A program made the translations under genes and the position numbers. DNA of 64,000 bases from Schmidtea polychroa (Eukaryota), in NCBI GenBank assembly GCA_044892525.1, contig CM097887.1:60078001-60142000 (forward strand), read 5' to 3'. This document shows positions 1-14,300 of the stretch, one piece after another (the first letter of the stretch is position 1; every line of letters begins with the position of its first letter). The notes under the pieces are model-generated. The model had not been told where the DNA came from. It made no database searches and was given only the letters and a program-made list of their open reading frames with translations.

Positions 1-677
1 ATATGTAATTTGAAGGTTTTTCTAGTGTTTTATCACATTCCAACTTTTCATAAGTATTAGAGAAGCATCAAGGGCAATGTAAATTATAATTTATTTAAAA
101 AAATTCCGATTTAAAACTTTGATGGAAAATAGCTGGAAATTATAAAAAACATCGAAAATAAAGATTAGAGACATCGAGAGATTCCCAAAAGTGTAATATA
201 CATATTACCTGTTAATAGTAGATTTAATTTTGAAAGATCTCACACTTCATACAACTCACAAATAATTATAATAACTTTGTTCTATTCAAAACCTTCATTA
301 ACTAATTTTGATAAAACGGCGAGTAAAATGTGAGAATTCAACAGAAAAGTATAAACTTGTCTAAATATTGTTTGAAAAACAAAAGAAATCCTGATAACAT
401 TGCTCAATATCGAGGTAATGAATAATAAACGCTATAGAACAATTTACAATTAACAATATTATAATTGCATCTTTCGAACACCTCCAAAAATTAAAACTAC
501 AAATATTTCCTAAAAATTCATTAATTAGTGAAATACGGATAATATTTATCGAAATTGTTCGTCTTTAGCGCACGCCTTTAGACACGTAAAGAAGACCGTA
601 CACTTTAGTTAGATTTGTTTTATTTATTTAGCAAATTGTTTCAATTTTTATAAAATGATCTTTATTTTCTATATTTA

Positions 678-763
678 CCGTATATACTTGCATATAAGTC
701 AAATTAGTAAAAAAAAGAAAGATTTTGCCCAAAGTTGATTGACTTATACGCGAGTATATAAGG
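678..763. mobile_element. 86-bp Tc1/pogo-type MITE
   Basis: 23-bp TIRs CCGTATATACTTGCATATAAGTC / GACTTATACGCGAGTATATAAGG (3 mismatches), TA on both flanks. Confidence 0.75.
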
Positions 764-871
764 TACTTAATTATTATGATAAATTGATAAAATAAAACTG
801 GTTATTGAAATTAAAAATTATTTTTTGAATTTATTTCCAGTAATATTTGATCTCAATTAAAGTATTTTCAG

Positions 872-961
872 GTGTTTGAAAGTTATTTAAGTTTCTGTGG
901 CATGAGCATAAGAAACGCCCAAATCTATCGACAATCACAACTGGAAACGAGACGAAATCAA
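872..961 (+). CDS. Pde11: PDE exon, end of GAF-A / linker ([30 protein letters not shown])
   Basis: ttttcag acceptor, 30 codons, gtttga donor. Confidence 0.88.
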
Positions 962-2978
962 GTTTGACATTTTCTTTTTGTTTGAATTGACTAAAACATA
1001 TCAAATTTATTTGAAAACAATTTTTCTCAAAAATAAATTGGAAATGTTTTTTTATTTAAATCAATGAAAATACAATTAACATATATTTAATATAAATAAC
1101 ACCCATAATTATTGATTTTGATTTAATTTCACCAATTCCAAAGTTTGTTGAAATTTGATTTTCGATTACAATTTATGAAACTTCTTTATTATTTTTATGT
1201 TTGATAAAAATATTAGTAAACTTCAGAAAATTTAAAAAAGAAAGCGTCAATTAAAAATTACATCACATTTAATTGTGTATATTCTTGAAATAATATTTTT
1301 GTATATTTTTGAAAAAACTACTTTATAATTTTACACTTTAAATGGGTTTATTTTGACTTGTAGTATGGACTTATTAAATGTTTACCAAAATTTTATGATT
1401 TATTATTTCGAATTTTTTTAATTTAAATAAAAGTTAAAATTTATAAATAATGATTCAAAAATAAAATAATTCATAATTTATTAAATAAATTTAAAATTAA
1501 ATCTCATTTAATTACATGACTGAAGAGAATAAAATAAATAAAAAACAATATTTTATTTTTGGTCTGATTAATAGAAACGGCCGATGAAATGACAATTGGC
1601 AAGTGAATGGATAGGAAATCGTCTAGACGTTTGATGGTTGGCATGTTGGATAATTGCCCCTGTGATGAAGCTTTGTACAACCACTTTGTAAATATTATTG
1701 AACATAAAACTATTATTTTAATTTTATAATTGATTAATATTATTAACTTTATTAACAACCAATAATTTCAATATATTATTATACAACAGTTGATAATTGT
1801 AAAAAATAAATAATTATTTTACGCTAAATTGAAAAGAGTAATATTAACAAAAAAGAAATAATACATTTTAATTAATTTCAATAGCAATGCCTAGTGAATA
1901 TTAGATTTTTCATTATTAAATAATAAAATAATAAATAAATTTTTAATTTAAATTAATAATCATTGAAATAATTGAAATAATTTATATAAAATATATCAGG
2001 TATTGCTTGATCTCGCACGACTTATCTTTGAAGAGCAATCTTCTATGAAGAGGTTAATGTTCAAAATTATGATGCATACTCAAAGTCTGCTCCAATGTGA
2101 GAGGGTTCAAATTTTGCTGGTTGGGAATGTGAACTACAAGGATAATGTAATTGAATATTATAATTACAACTGAAAATGATAGGTGAAAACATTTAGAAAA
2201 TTTTCACTCGAATCTATGAATATAATGAATCAGAAATCAACACGGAGGATTTGTGTGAATCTTTTGGGTAATGTTATTTCTTATTATTTATTTTTATTAA
2301 TATATTATTTAATTAAGGAATTCGCGATTTCCTATTAATATAGGCATCAGTGGCTATGTAGCCAAAACTGGCGAGGTGATTAATTAATAATATTTTCTTG
2401 TTCTATGGATTATTTATATTAATATATTAATATTTATTTCTTATCGAGGATCAGTCCTGTTAATGAATTATTATCCGTCATTTTTTCATTATCAATATAA
2501 TAAGTAATAACTTATAATATTAAATATTCTTAGATACAACATAATAAACAAAAGTATTAAATAATTTTTTCGAAATTGTATTCAATTAATATATGTCTAA
2601 TAAAACATAATAGAAAAATATATACATACAATGTTTTTTTAAAGAACTATTTTTATGTTTTATCGTATGTAGCCTATTTATTGTTTTATTGAGTTTTATA
2701 TTGCCTTTTTCAAAATTTTTCATTTTAAAATTTTTTTCATTTTGGTAATTTCTTGTAAATCACGAGAAAAAATCATATTTAAATCACTTTCAATATTTTA
2801 TAAAGTAACAGTAACGTGACTTCGTTATCTTTTATTTATTTTTTATTCAAGTTTTCTTATTTTTCTGTTTAATAGCTTTATTTTATGTAAAGGTTTATAT
2901 TTTAGTAAAGATACTTGATTAATAATTTCCTACTAAACTCAAATTTCCCCTTATCAATAGTTATTCAAAAACTAAAAA

Positions 2979-3056
<78 letters not shown>

Positions 3057-5742
3057 CGTATTAGTATAGGAAATGATACTATTATTATTTATAACAATAA
3101 CTGTTTAGACAAATACGGCTGGGAAAATGGATAAGATATTTATGACATACTTTTATATATTTATCTATTTATGAATATAAAATTAAGTTTTAAAAATGTG
3201 CCCAGTGTCCTACTTTTTGTTTTTTACTAATGTTATAAAGAAACAACTACTCTTTTAATAAGTTTAATGAAAATCTATTATTACAATCTGCTAAGTTACT
3301 GCTTTTTGGATTGAATTATAAAAGCGGTAAAGTTGAGCAAACTGCAAAAAGTTAATCGTGTTTTTTATAAGGGGAATCTTTAAAATATAATTTGTAGACA
3401 AATGGTGATTCAAAACTTTCTAAACTGTATTGCTCTTTTAGAGCTGCATTTCAAATATCTCAAAAAAGTCGACTCCAGTAACGATTTGTGAACTGTTTGA
3501 AACCCTTTTTATATTATGGTTATTTCTAATGGCTTATATTTAGATAACTCATAAACTATCCTTCATATTCACATAATCAACCGGATTCTATCAGTAATTA
3601 CAATAAATAAACAATTACCTACCTGAATTAGCACTTTATATATTTGCAGGGTATCTAGTCCATATTTTTCTGCTTTAATTCCGCATTTTATGTCATACTA
3701 AAAGTAAATCAAACAGTATAGTAAAAAATAAGATGACAAAAGATTTGCTGAGGCTGTGTTAAATGAAATTGAAAATGAACTTCGTGCAAGAGAATGTCTA
3801 TCAGAAATTGAATAAAAATTTACTATTATCACTTTTTGCATATGAGATTCGAATTCCTTTTTTGAAGTGTTGAAGGAGATATTGATTCATATTGCTAAAA
3901 TTGGGCATTTTATTTTGGGCATATACTTTATCATATATCATAGTCGTTTTTTAATAAATACAATGTCAGTTAAAAAGAAATCAGTGATGAAAACTGAAAT
4001 TCTTCTGTAGAAATTGTGTATGAAAATGGAAATTCCTATAAAACACTAATAATAAAAATATTTTGAAATACAATATATATTTATCTGGTAAATATATCGT
4101 ACGTGATATTTCTAAAAGAGGATATAATGCCAATGAATAAATTGCAATTCTTTTCTTTTCAGCGTATTTGGCAATGATAAATTTACAAATGATATAATTA
4201 AAAATATATCACGTTACAATAAAATGGTTTCGATCTCATTTTTGCATGAAATAAATTTTTTTTGCGAAATTAACATAATAGAGTTCCAATAAATTCTATT
4301 TTGCTCAAGTTGATAGGTTTCGTTTTCAAAAAAATTCAATTAACAATTTAATTGATTCGTGAATTAATTATAACTAATTTTAAATAATAATTATGTATAT
4401 AATTATGTATTTTAAATAATAATACTTATTAAACCAAAATGCTCCGCTAAAAATTATCGAAATTGCTGAGAGCTTCGTGTGATTTTTATTGTTAAGATAA
4501 TCTCAATTAGGTATGTAAGTTTTATTATAATTCTAATATTTTAACGGTTATTATACTAGACCAGGAGTCGGGAACCAGCGGCTCTTAACTTGAAAAATGG
4601 GGCTCTCATAAATATTTAAAAAATCATAAAATTTTAATTTACATATAGAGTAAGAATGAATAATTACTTGATATATAATTCTTTCAATGAGAATTTTTAT
4701 TTTACTTCCAAGTTTTTCTTCTAAAACAATTAACCTTTATCTCATGTTGCTTTATTCTTTCCCTTTCAAGACTTCATTTGGAATACAGTGGCAACTTCTA
4801 GAAATTCAAAGTAAAGATATCTGGGTTGGTAAATTTGAAAATATGATTGCATTAATCAATCAACAATGAAAGATGCATCATAAAATCTTATATTCAAAAC
4901 CTGGAATTCACTGTCAAATATTTATCAAAATTTTAGAAAGCTTGCTTTTGGCCTATTAAAAATATTTACTTCTACATGTATTTAATTACAAACAATTTTT
5001 TTTTTCGTCGATAATTTCATTAAAAATAAATGCCGAAGTAGACATTCAGATGAAAGTTTGATACTTTCAGTACTGTTTAAATCTACGAAATGCAGAACAA
5101 ATTATATAACACCAGCAAAAACATATATTGTCAACCGATTTCTTCATTAAATCAAATAGAGTTCATTAAGTTTGAACTCGCATTGACATTGTTGGTAGGA
5201 AAATGAAAAAGAATTTAAATTTTATTCCCAAAACAAACGCATAAATAAAAATGTTGATGCGTTAAAATCGAAAATTTATAAAAAAAGCTAAGTATAAGAT
5301 TAGTCAATGATTCGTTGATATATATAATAAACTAATTTATTTTATTTTTATCACTATTTTCATCATTGCATTTGACAGTACTATTAATAAACATTATTTT
5401 AATCATAAAATGGAAATTCATTTTCCTATCATTTTTTCGTCTAAAATATCTAGTTAAATTTGTTACCAAGAAAATATTATCTGAATATATAAATATATAA
5501 ATAAAAATAACACTTAATCATAAACTATTGCATACAAACAGAATATTTGTCAATATTTTTATTTACGGAAAAATAAAATTTCGGAATAAGTTGATTTATC
5601 TTTAAATGGGACAATTAAATTTCATTATCAGTTTTATCGAAGAAATAAACTTATTATTTTATTTGGATTTTATATAGATAAGTAAATTGATGGGAAATTA
5701 TATTTTTCTTTTCACATTTTTTATTCGGAATTGATTTTTTGC

Positions 5743-5828
<86 letters not shown>

Positions 5829-8319
5829 GATTATAAATAATAAATAATAGGTAATAGTTAATATCTGATTGACTAATTGTGCACAAGTTAGTTTCAATTA
5901 TATAAAATTTATATTGACATTTACTTAAACTTTTTTAAATGATTTACTTTGTTAGTTTTACTTTAGACAGTCAATATCAACGATGCTTACGAAGATGAAC
6001 GTTTCGACAAATCGGTATGTACCTTTCATAAATGGATTTCACTATTAAATATCAATAAAACTATGGACAGTAACTTATTTAATTTCAATTTTCTTTTCTC
6101 AAATGCCAAACACATTTGATATTTATCTATTTCGATTATATCGTAAAGTGCATGCTAAATATTTTCGTATTTTTATGCGAAAATCTTTTATTTTTATTTA
6201 TATTTGTTTTTCACTATAAGGGTAGCGGATATAGTTTATTAGTATATTCAGATTATTCTCGTAATCGAAAATGCTTTCCTATACGCATAATCCAAAATTA
6301 TATATTTCAATTATTTATAATTAAAGCAATCGAAAAAGTAATTAAATAAACATTACATGCTGTGTTCTTTTTTTCTAGAAATTTTAAAACTAACAAATTT
6401 TGCTTGAAGAAATTAAAATTTTTATTTTAATATTAACTAGTTTAATCAGTTTAATATACTTCAAATAATAATTATAAAATTTGTTATAAAAATTTGTTCA
6501 GTTCAGTTTGTATTCCTTGATACATTTTGCTATTACATTTTGTTATTGTTGTCGTGAAGATCTTTCAGTTTGTTGAACTGTTGCACAATCGTCATTGAAA
6601 TCTCTTTTTTTCGCTTAATCTGTTTAAAAATCCAAACTATAAAAATTTTATTAGTCTTTTACATGTTAGACTTGATCTTAATTTCTTTACGAATATTGAA
6701 GTGTCTGAGATTTCGGTTAATGAGATTAATGTGTAGGAGTTTCATTGCTTTTTTACTCTATGGACAGTAGCATCATATTTGTGTCTATAACCTTTCTCTG
6801 TTAATTAATAGAGGATTTTGATTAATTTTGATAGTTCATACGTATAGAAATCATTTCAATCTGACAGTGGATTCTGATTCACAATGTATAGCTAACTGAT
6901 CTACCCGATTTCTTATATGGCTCAAATCGGATACTTGTGTAGTGTTTTTATGTTTAATTTTATTATTTTCCACGAAACTGTAATTACAGTTTGTGGTCCC
7001 TTAACGTGTTTCTTGTTCGAGATCTACCGATCAGAAATAACAAACTATATAGTTAATTCTCTATAGTAAACTTTAACTATAGAGAATTTTAAAAAAAATT
7101 TTTAATAAAAAAATCAATATCGCCAAAAGGATAAAAAAAATCTTATTAATAAAGCAAGAGAAACTAAATTGAATAAAGAATTTACGCATTGCCAAATGAC
7201 AGGTAAGAATACAAGAAAGACTAAAGGAAAGTAATAGAAGGGAAAGCAAAATTTATAAAACTTAACAACAATTTATCGTTTCTTGATTAAAAGAATAAGC
7301 CATACTTAAGTTGGAGATTGGAGAATTACAGACGAATCGATCCCCAGCTTGAAACTATTGTTTGATTAACAATAGGAAGAACTTTATAAATGAGAGATAT
7401 TCTATTAATTGTGTCTGAGGTGCGGATTATTTTCTTTGCTATTTTAATAAAAGTTGTATTAATTATTATTGCTGTTATTTGTTGTAATACATACATTCAA
7501 CCCAGCTGTCCCGACACAATTTTTAGAGGTGACGCTGCTGGGTACTACAGATTTTCTTAAGCATACAAATATATATACAAATATAGAAATATACAAACAT
7601 ACATATAAGTACACATGCATTATTACCTCATAATACTTGGATAAATAAAATTATGCTTAGGCAATGCTATAAAAAGACAATTTAGTAGGGTAATCTATTT
7701 TATAATTTTATATAATTTTCAGGAGCAAATTTTTTTTAATCGTTGGATCAAACATGTAATGAGTAAAGTCCGAATATTGGGAAACGTGTCTAATAACTAT
7801 ATTAATCTTTATATTAGTAGTGTGATTAAAGAAATAATTCCGTAAGTTTATAAAAATCCGTTAAAGAACAGAAATCGTGAATTTACTAAATTTTCCTCTC
7901 ATTTCAAATAATAATTAATTGCAGAGATTAGTTCCTCAAATTCGCTTATGCGAATACATCTCTCCCAGGCACCTGAATGGCATTGATGGGAAAGAAGAAA
8001 CAATTAATCCTTCATGTTAAAGAAATATAAATTAATCAAGAAATGTCAAACATATTTATATGTATCCAATAATCAACTTGCAACCAGATTTTAATTATTA
8101 TTGACAGTCAACATACTACTTGTATTTTGTTCCTTTTTTTAAATATTTATCATGTCAACACTTTTTCTGTTGTTATTATTTTTTCAATATATTCTATAAA
8201 CTTGTCTAGAATAATAGAGGGTAATTAGTTTTCAAAGTTTCCATATGAAAATTAAAATCAACATGTCCGATCATATTATAATATATAAATGTTTTTTAAT
8301 TATATCCATACACCATAAT

Positions 8320-8391
<72 letters not shown>

Positions 8392-11300
8392 ATTTTTGTG
8401 GCCCCTTAAAAATAGCACCATCTGGCAAAAGATATGTGATGACTATAATAGATCATTTTAGTAAATATATGGTATTAAAGCTATAAGAACACAAAAAGAA
8501 AAGACATTAATTGATAATGTGAAAACTTCTGGGATATTGAATTTTGGACCACCAAAGGAAATTCATGTCGATAAAGAAAAATGTTTCGAATCCCAAGTTT
8601 TTAAAAATATGGCAGTAAAGTATCACTTGAAGATAGTTTGTTCAAGCCCTTATCATCATCAATCTAATGGACAAATTGAAAGACAATTTGGAACATTAAG
8701 AGACTGGATTTCGTGCTGCATGGAAGAGAAACAATTTAAGACATGGGAAGAAGCATTGCCTCATATAGAGTTTGTAATGAATTCAGCAATTCAGTCAAGT
8801 ATAAAAGTTAGTCCTGTTGAAGTAATATATGGAAGGAAATTTTGCAAAGAGCGTTTTACTAATGGTCCAGAAATTGATACTAAAGAATCCAAGAAACATG
8901 AAATAGCATTGAATATTAAATCATTGAACCGTATGAATAATTATAATCAATAAAATCGAATACATAGATCTTTAGAGTGGTGAATTGGTACTCGTCAAGG
9001 AAGATATCAGAAACAAGCAAGATAACATGTATTGAGGACCTTTTAAAATAATGGAAAAATATAATAAAAATAGTTATTTATTAATAAATGTATTACTAGA
9101 AATATGGAATGGCTAAATCCGTTTAAAACGAGGGGAATGTGATGTAATTATAATGGAATATTTGATTTCCCTAACCTTTACCATATATATTATAATGCCT
9201 GCATGTGTGATTTATTATTTTTGATTGTCTGGGTCCTCAAATTATGTCACTGACTATTATTTCCCAATAAGCTATTGCTGATTGTGTTGGTGTCGGCACA
9301 CCGGGTACTATAAATAGTACCACAATTTCTTAAATAAAGTTTTTGGAATTTATCAAATTATTCTTATTCTTTATAACATTTATTATTTCCGAAATCATAT
9401 TAATTACTTTTAAGAATTATGTTTGAATGACAGTAATAATTCTGACTATGTCATATATAATACTTGAAAATTGTCAGGTTTAGTTGATTTTTAGTTATTA
9501 ATTACAAGTTCACGCAAAAATTCGAGAATTTACATTAATAATATGATATTAATGTTCTAAGAAACTCGAATAACAAATTAAAAATGCAAATTTAGACAGA
9601 CCAATAAAGAACCGAAATCTATTAAAATACTAAAACATTTGACAATTTGTTATTATAATTATTTTATAAATTCTAATAAGAATAGTAATATAGTTATATA
9701 AATATTATAAATATTGTAATAAATAATAATAAAAATGAGTTTTTTTTGTATAGTCAAAATTTTTTCATTTATATTAAATATATTATTTGCAGCAAAAGGC
9801 TTAAATTATCATTTAATTGTTTTAAAAATGAGTTTTAATTAATATATTTTAATATTGTAAAATTTTTTTGTCGGATGTCTCATTTGAATAAAATAAACAG
9901 TACAAGGTTTGTGATACCCAGTTCAAATCCCAATAGTAGACTATTTTCGAGCTTTTGGCTCTCATCAGTACCATGCAAGAGACGCGAAGATTTCTCTTCG
10001 CACCAGGTAAGTATACAATATTGCTGATTCAACTCTATTGCATACTTTCCTTGGTACACTGGAAATTTTAATANNNNNNNNNNNNNNNNNNNNNNNNNNN
10101 NNNNNNNNNNNNNNNNNNNNNNNNNNNNNNNNNNNNNNNNNNNNNNNNNNNNNNNNNNNNNNNNNNNNNNNNNNNNNNNNNNNNNNNNNNNNNNNNNNNN
10201 NNNNNNNNNNNNNNNNNNNNNNNNNNNNNNNNNNNNAAAAGAAATTTTAAATAGAAAAATCCAATCAGAGGAACTCAGGCGAAATTCAATATGTATTCCC
10301 AATCCGTGTAATAAAAATTCTTTTCTAACACGCTCTTGATTAGAACCCCTGGCTATTTCTATATCTTTTATTAGAAAAGAAATTTAACTTAAGTTAATTG
10401 AATCGAATATATTTTCATTTTAAAAATTCCAAAACTTTATCACCTTTTATGTTAGTTAAAGTAAATTTAAAATATTTTTACGACTAATTTTCATATTTTG
10501 AGTTTAGTAAAATACAAAAGAAATGTTTTAGAAAATTTTAAATGTTGAATATTTTATCCAATAATAATAAAAGTAATTAAATTAATAAATTCATAGTTTT
10601 ATAAATAAACAATGAATTTCTTTGCTAATCAAATATTATACATAAATATACAAAGTATTAATTTTATTTTTCTAGGTGGATCTAAACACCCCATTTCACA
10701 CTCAAGCTATTTTATGTATGCCAATCAAAAGTTCCACCGGTCAAGTTCTAAGTGTATGTCAGCTTACAAACAAAATTCAAGGTGAATGCTTTACTCAGAC
10801 AGATATTTATCTATTTGAAGCTTTCGGATTATTTTGTGGTCTTGGTATACACAATACACATATGTATGAAGAAATAACCAGAGCAATGGCTAGGCAAAGA
10901 ATCACATTGGAGGTTCTGTCGTACCATGCTATTGCACCAATTGAAGATGCGCTTAAATTATCAAAAATGTTGATACCCTCATTGAGATATCACAAATTAA
11001 ATCAATTCATTTTTACAGATTTCAAGTAATATATATGAATTAAGAACTTTTTGTTAGTTGTTTAATGAGTAAACTTATAAAATCTTAAGTGTTAACTTCA
11101 AAATTTCAGCACTGTCTTTATCAATCATGGCTTATTGAAAGCTTTAAAAATTCTTTAACTGTATCTATTCCATCAAAACATAATCATTCTGGATAATTTG
11201 ACTTTCAAAATGGGGTTTGCTTTCAATAGTTTCTTCATCTTCTTGAAAACCGAAGTCTTGATGTCAGCTTTCCGGCGAATAGTAATATATTTTTCGATGG

Positions 11301-14300
11301 AACACTTGTGGAATCTTTTATTTATAGTAATAAGTTCATCACTTCATTATTCCATCTTTTATCGGTTTGCTTCTTCAGATTCTCATACATCTTCATTCCT
11401 ATGCTATTTGTTTCTGTTGAATAAATATTCAACTGGAATGTTAATGCATATGAAATTCATTAGATTCGTAAATTTGTGTTCACTAAATTGAACTTGTTCA
11501 TTGAAATTCGAACGAAATTGCCGACCGCTTCTCACTCTTTCTCCGTGAATTGCGATTGATATTATTTCCGTTCAACGAGTCAATGATTGAATCACTAAAT
11601 GAATGTTTCATATCATACTTCATCGATTTTATCTTCTTTTTATTCACTAAAGTTTCTGCTATATGCATTGTTGTCAAAATTGGTTCATCAGAATTTGGAA
11701 GAATATCTGGATTCAAATCAGCATTATTCAAAGATTTTGCTTTATTTAAAAAGTGTTTACCACAGTAATTTCTCCCGAAAAACAATGTTTTGAAACCTTT
11801 AACTGCATTTAACGTTATTAAAACTTGGAACTCATACATAGTTTAATTAAATGTATGAATAATTAAAATCTTTGTTCTAAATCACTCGGAATTTAAAATA
11901 AATATTACTGTATAATTCCCTAGGTTCCATTGAAAGATTAAATTTATCCATTCAATAAAATATATTAAATTAGATAAATTACCAACATTTTTTTTGAATT
12001 AAAAGATTCAGTAAAGGTCTAAAAAATTCAAATTATTACTAGTAATTTTTATTAATTAACCCTAAAAATGAATTTAAAATAAAAAAATGAATTAATTATT
12101 AAAAGATAGTTAATAACTATTAATAAAGGTTGTTTTGTAAATTTACGGTTATCATTTACCAACAACAAAATACTTCATAAAAATGAAATTAAAAATTCAC
12201 AATTTATTTTAGCTTCTAGGCTAGAGTGTTTTTTTTATTTTGCTATATATTTATTTAATTAATTAAATTTCACTAAATTTTTTCAAAATTTATAAAAGAA
12301 ATTCGTATAATAAAAATAAATAACTCAAATTGTAATATCTTGATCATCGGTTTTCTATGAGGTACAAAAAGAGAATCATAAGAAGGACCCGTATTATTTA
12401 TATAAAATTGTTAAAGTGAAAACTTAGAGAGTTCCATGATTATTGACATCAAATGCGGCTTACATAGTTAATATGGGAAGAATTACCAGAAAAATAATAA
12501 AAACATTACAGAAAAGAGAATATTTGTCATGAATACAATTTCATTGTGGAATACGTATTTCTCTTTTTAATAACTTGTTAAGTATATACAGGAATACTTC
12601 GCATAGTACGTTTCGATCAGTACGGTTTCTCTATAGTACGGTTTCTCTATAGTACGGTTTTGAAATTTTCAAAATATGATTGTTTTTAAAATGATTAAAT
12701 AAAATTTTCGAAATCTAAAAAAGTTTTTTTAAATTAATTTTTTAGAATATATTCGTTATTATAAAATCATATGGCACGTGTTTAATAATTTGTTTTGTTA
12801 CGTTTAATTTCTGGTTTGTAGTTTTAATAAAAAATTGAATAAATAAACCGTAAAAAAATTCACTACGGATACATTCACGATCGCGCGATAATAGATCAAA
12901 GTTGTTGGTTTTATATTTTTAATCGTCGAGTATGTTGACTTTTATATATTTAGATTTTGATTTAAAAAATAAAATGAGTGGCAGAACAAAGTGTAAAAGT
13001 GACTCCACAACCAAAAAACGCAAATGGCTCACTTTAGAACAGAAGCTTAGCGTTATTAAACTTCATGGGGAAGGGGCTTCGTTTGCTAAAGTAGGAAAAG
13101 AAAGGGGAATGAACGAGGCGTCATTTCGGAAAATTGTGAAAAATAAAGATCAATACAAGTCGTAGATTTATTAGCGCCAAAATGCCTCGAATAGTCCGGT
13201 TTCAAATAGTACGGCTAAATTTCAGAACCGCTTAACCGTACTGTTCGAGGTATTCCTGTACATACAATTTATTGATACCAAATCATAATCTCTTTAACAG
13301 ATCAAATGAATTATACAGTTTACCGACTTTATTAGAAGAATGTCAATTTAATGCAACGATCTTACAATTCGACTTCAATTTTATGAAATTACTTTGCAAT
13401 TTTTTATATTCATTTTACTTGAAGCAATTCTCTTTTAATGTCTTTTAAATTTTTATATTTCTTTTGTTTGTTTGTCTCTAATGGATATTTACTTTTAGTT
13501 CTAATTCTTAATTTTAAAAACAGTCCTTATGAATCTCTTTAGTTTTTCCAATCGTTTATGTATCACAAGACGACATCAAGAAAGACCAAAGAACAACGAT
13601 AATAACAAAGACTTCCTTATCCATATTTCTAAAGATCTATCTCATGGTCTGTCAAATAGTCAATGGATTCATATTGTTTATATGCGATTAGAGAGTTTCC
13701 CATCAAAATTATTTTTTAATTATTTGTTAAATTTTGTTTTTATTTTCTATGTTAATCTTTATAAATGATCTTGTAGTATAATGTGAGTTATTGTTTCACA
13801 TGATACTCAACATCATCCTGAAGTTTCAGTAATCTTTAAATAAAATTTACTTTATTTTAATTACAAACCAATGGGTATATAAGAACTCTTTCAAAATCAT
13901 GACCGTTCATAAAAGGTTTGAAATTAAATACTCACGTTATTGACTACAGTTTTTCACTAAAGAGAATATATATTTTGTCCCAAATTTTTGATTATATAAT
14001 TATTTCTTTTAGTATGACAGACGATGACACGATCAAAGGTTGTATAAGGATGTTTATTGACCTTAACTTGATTAACCTCTTTAATATCGACTATGTGGTC
14101 CTGTGTAGATGGTTGCTCTCTGTGAAGAAAAATTATCGCCAGGTAACTTATCACAACTGGCGACACGCATTTAACGTAGCTCAAACTATGTTCACTATGA
14201 TCCAAGTACCTACTATTTATGAAGTGTTGAATAATTTTTAAAAAGATATATTTTAGACTGGCAAATTAAACCTAGTGTTTTCAAATGTAGAAATAATTGC

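Noticed and set aside
5698-5886. Poly-Ile ORF
   Set aside because: Translation of the (AAT)n microsatellite.
6541-7042. TGTT...AACA-bounded block as a solo LTR
   Set aside because: No TSD, no second copy, and only doubtful integrase-like words on the minus strand.
7055-7088. 13-bp perfect hairpin AATTCTCTATAGT / ACTATAGAGAATT
   Set aside because: Short and AT-rich; no terminator, TIR or TSD context to give it meaning.
9880-10302. ORFs spanning N runs (also 23514, 25095, 34110-34494, 51656)
   Set aside because: Open only because Ns contain no stops.
13520-13730. Minus frame with several in-frame TGA codons suggesting TGA=Trp (NUMT or alternative code)
   Set aside because: No mitochondrial gene motif; host exons use the standard code; other frames weakly resemble decayed RT (SLVFLDVVL), too degenerate to call.
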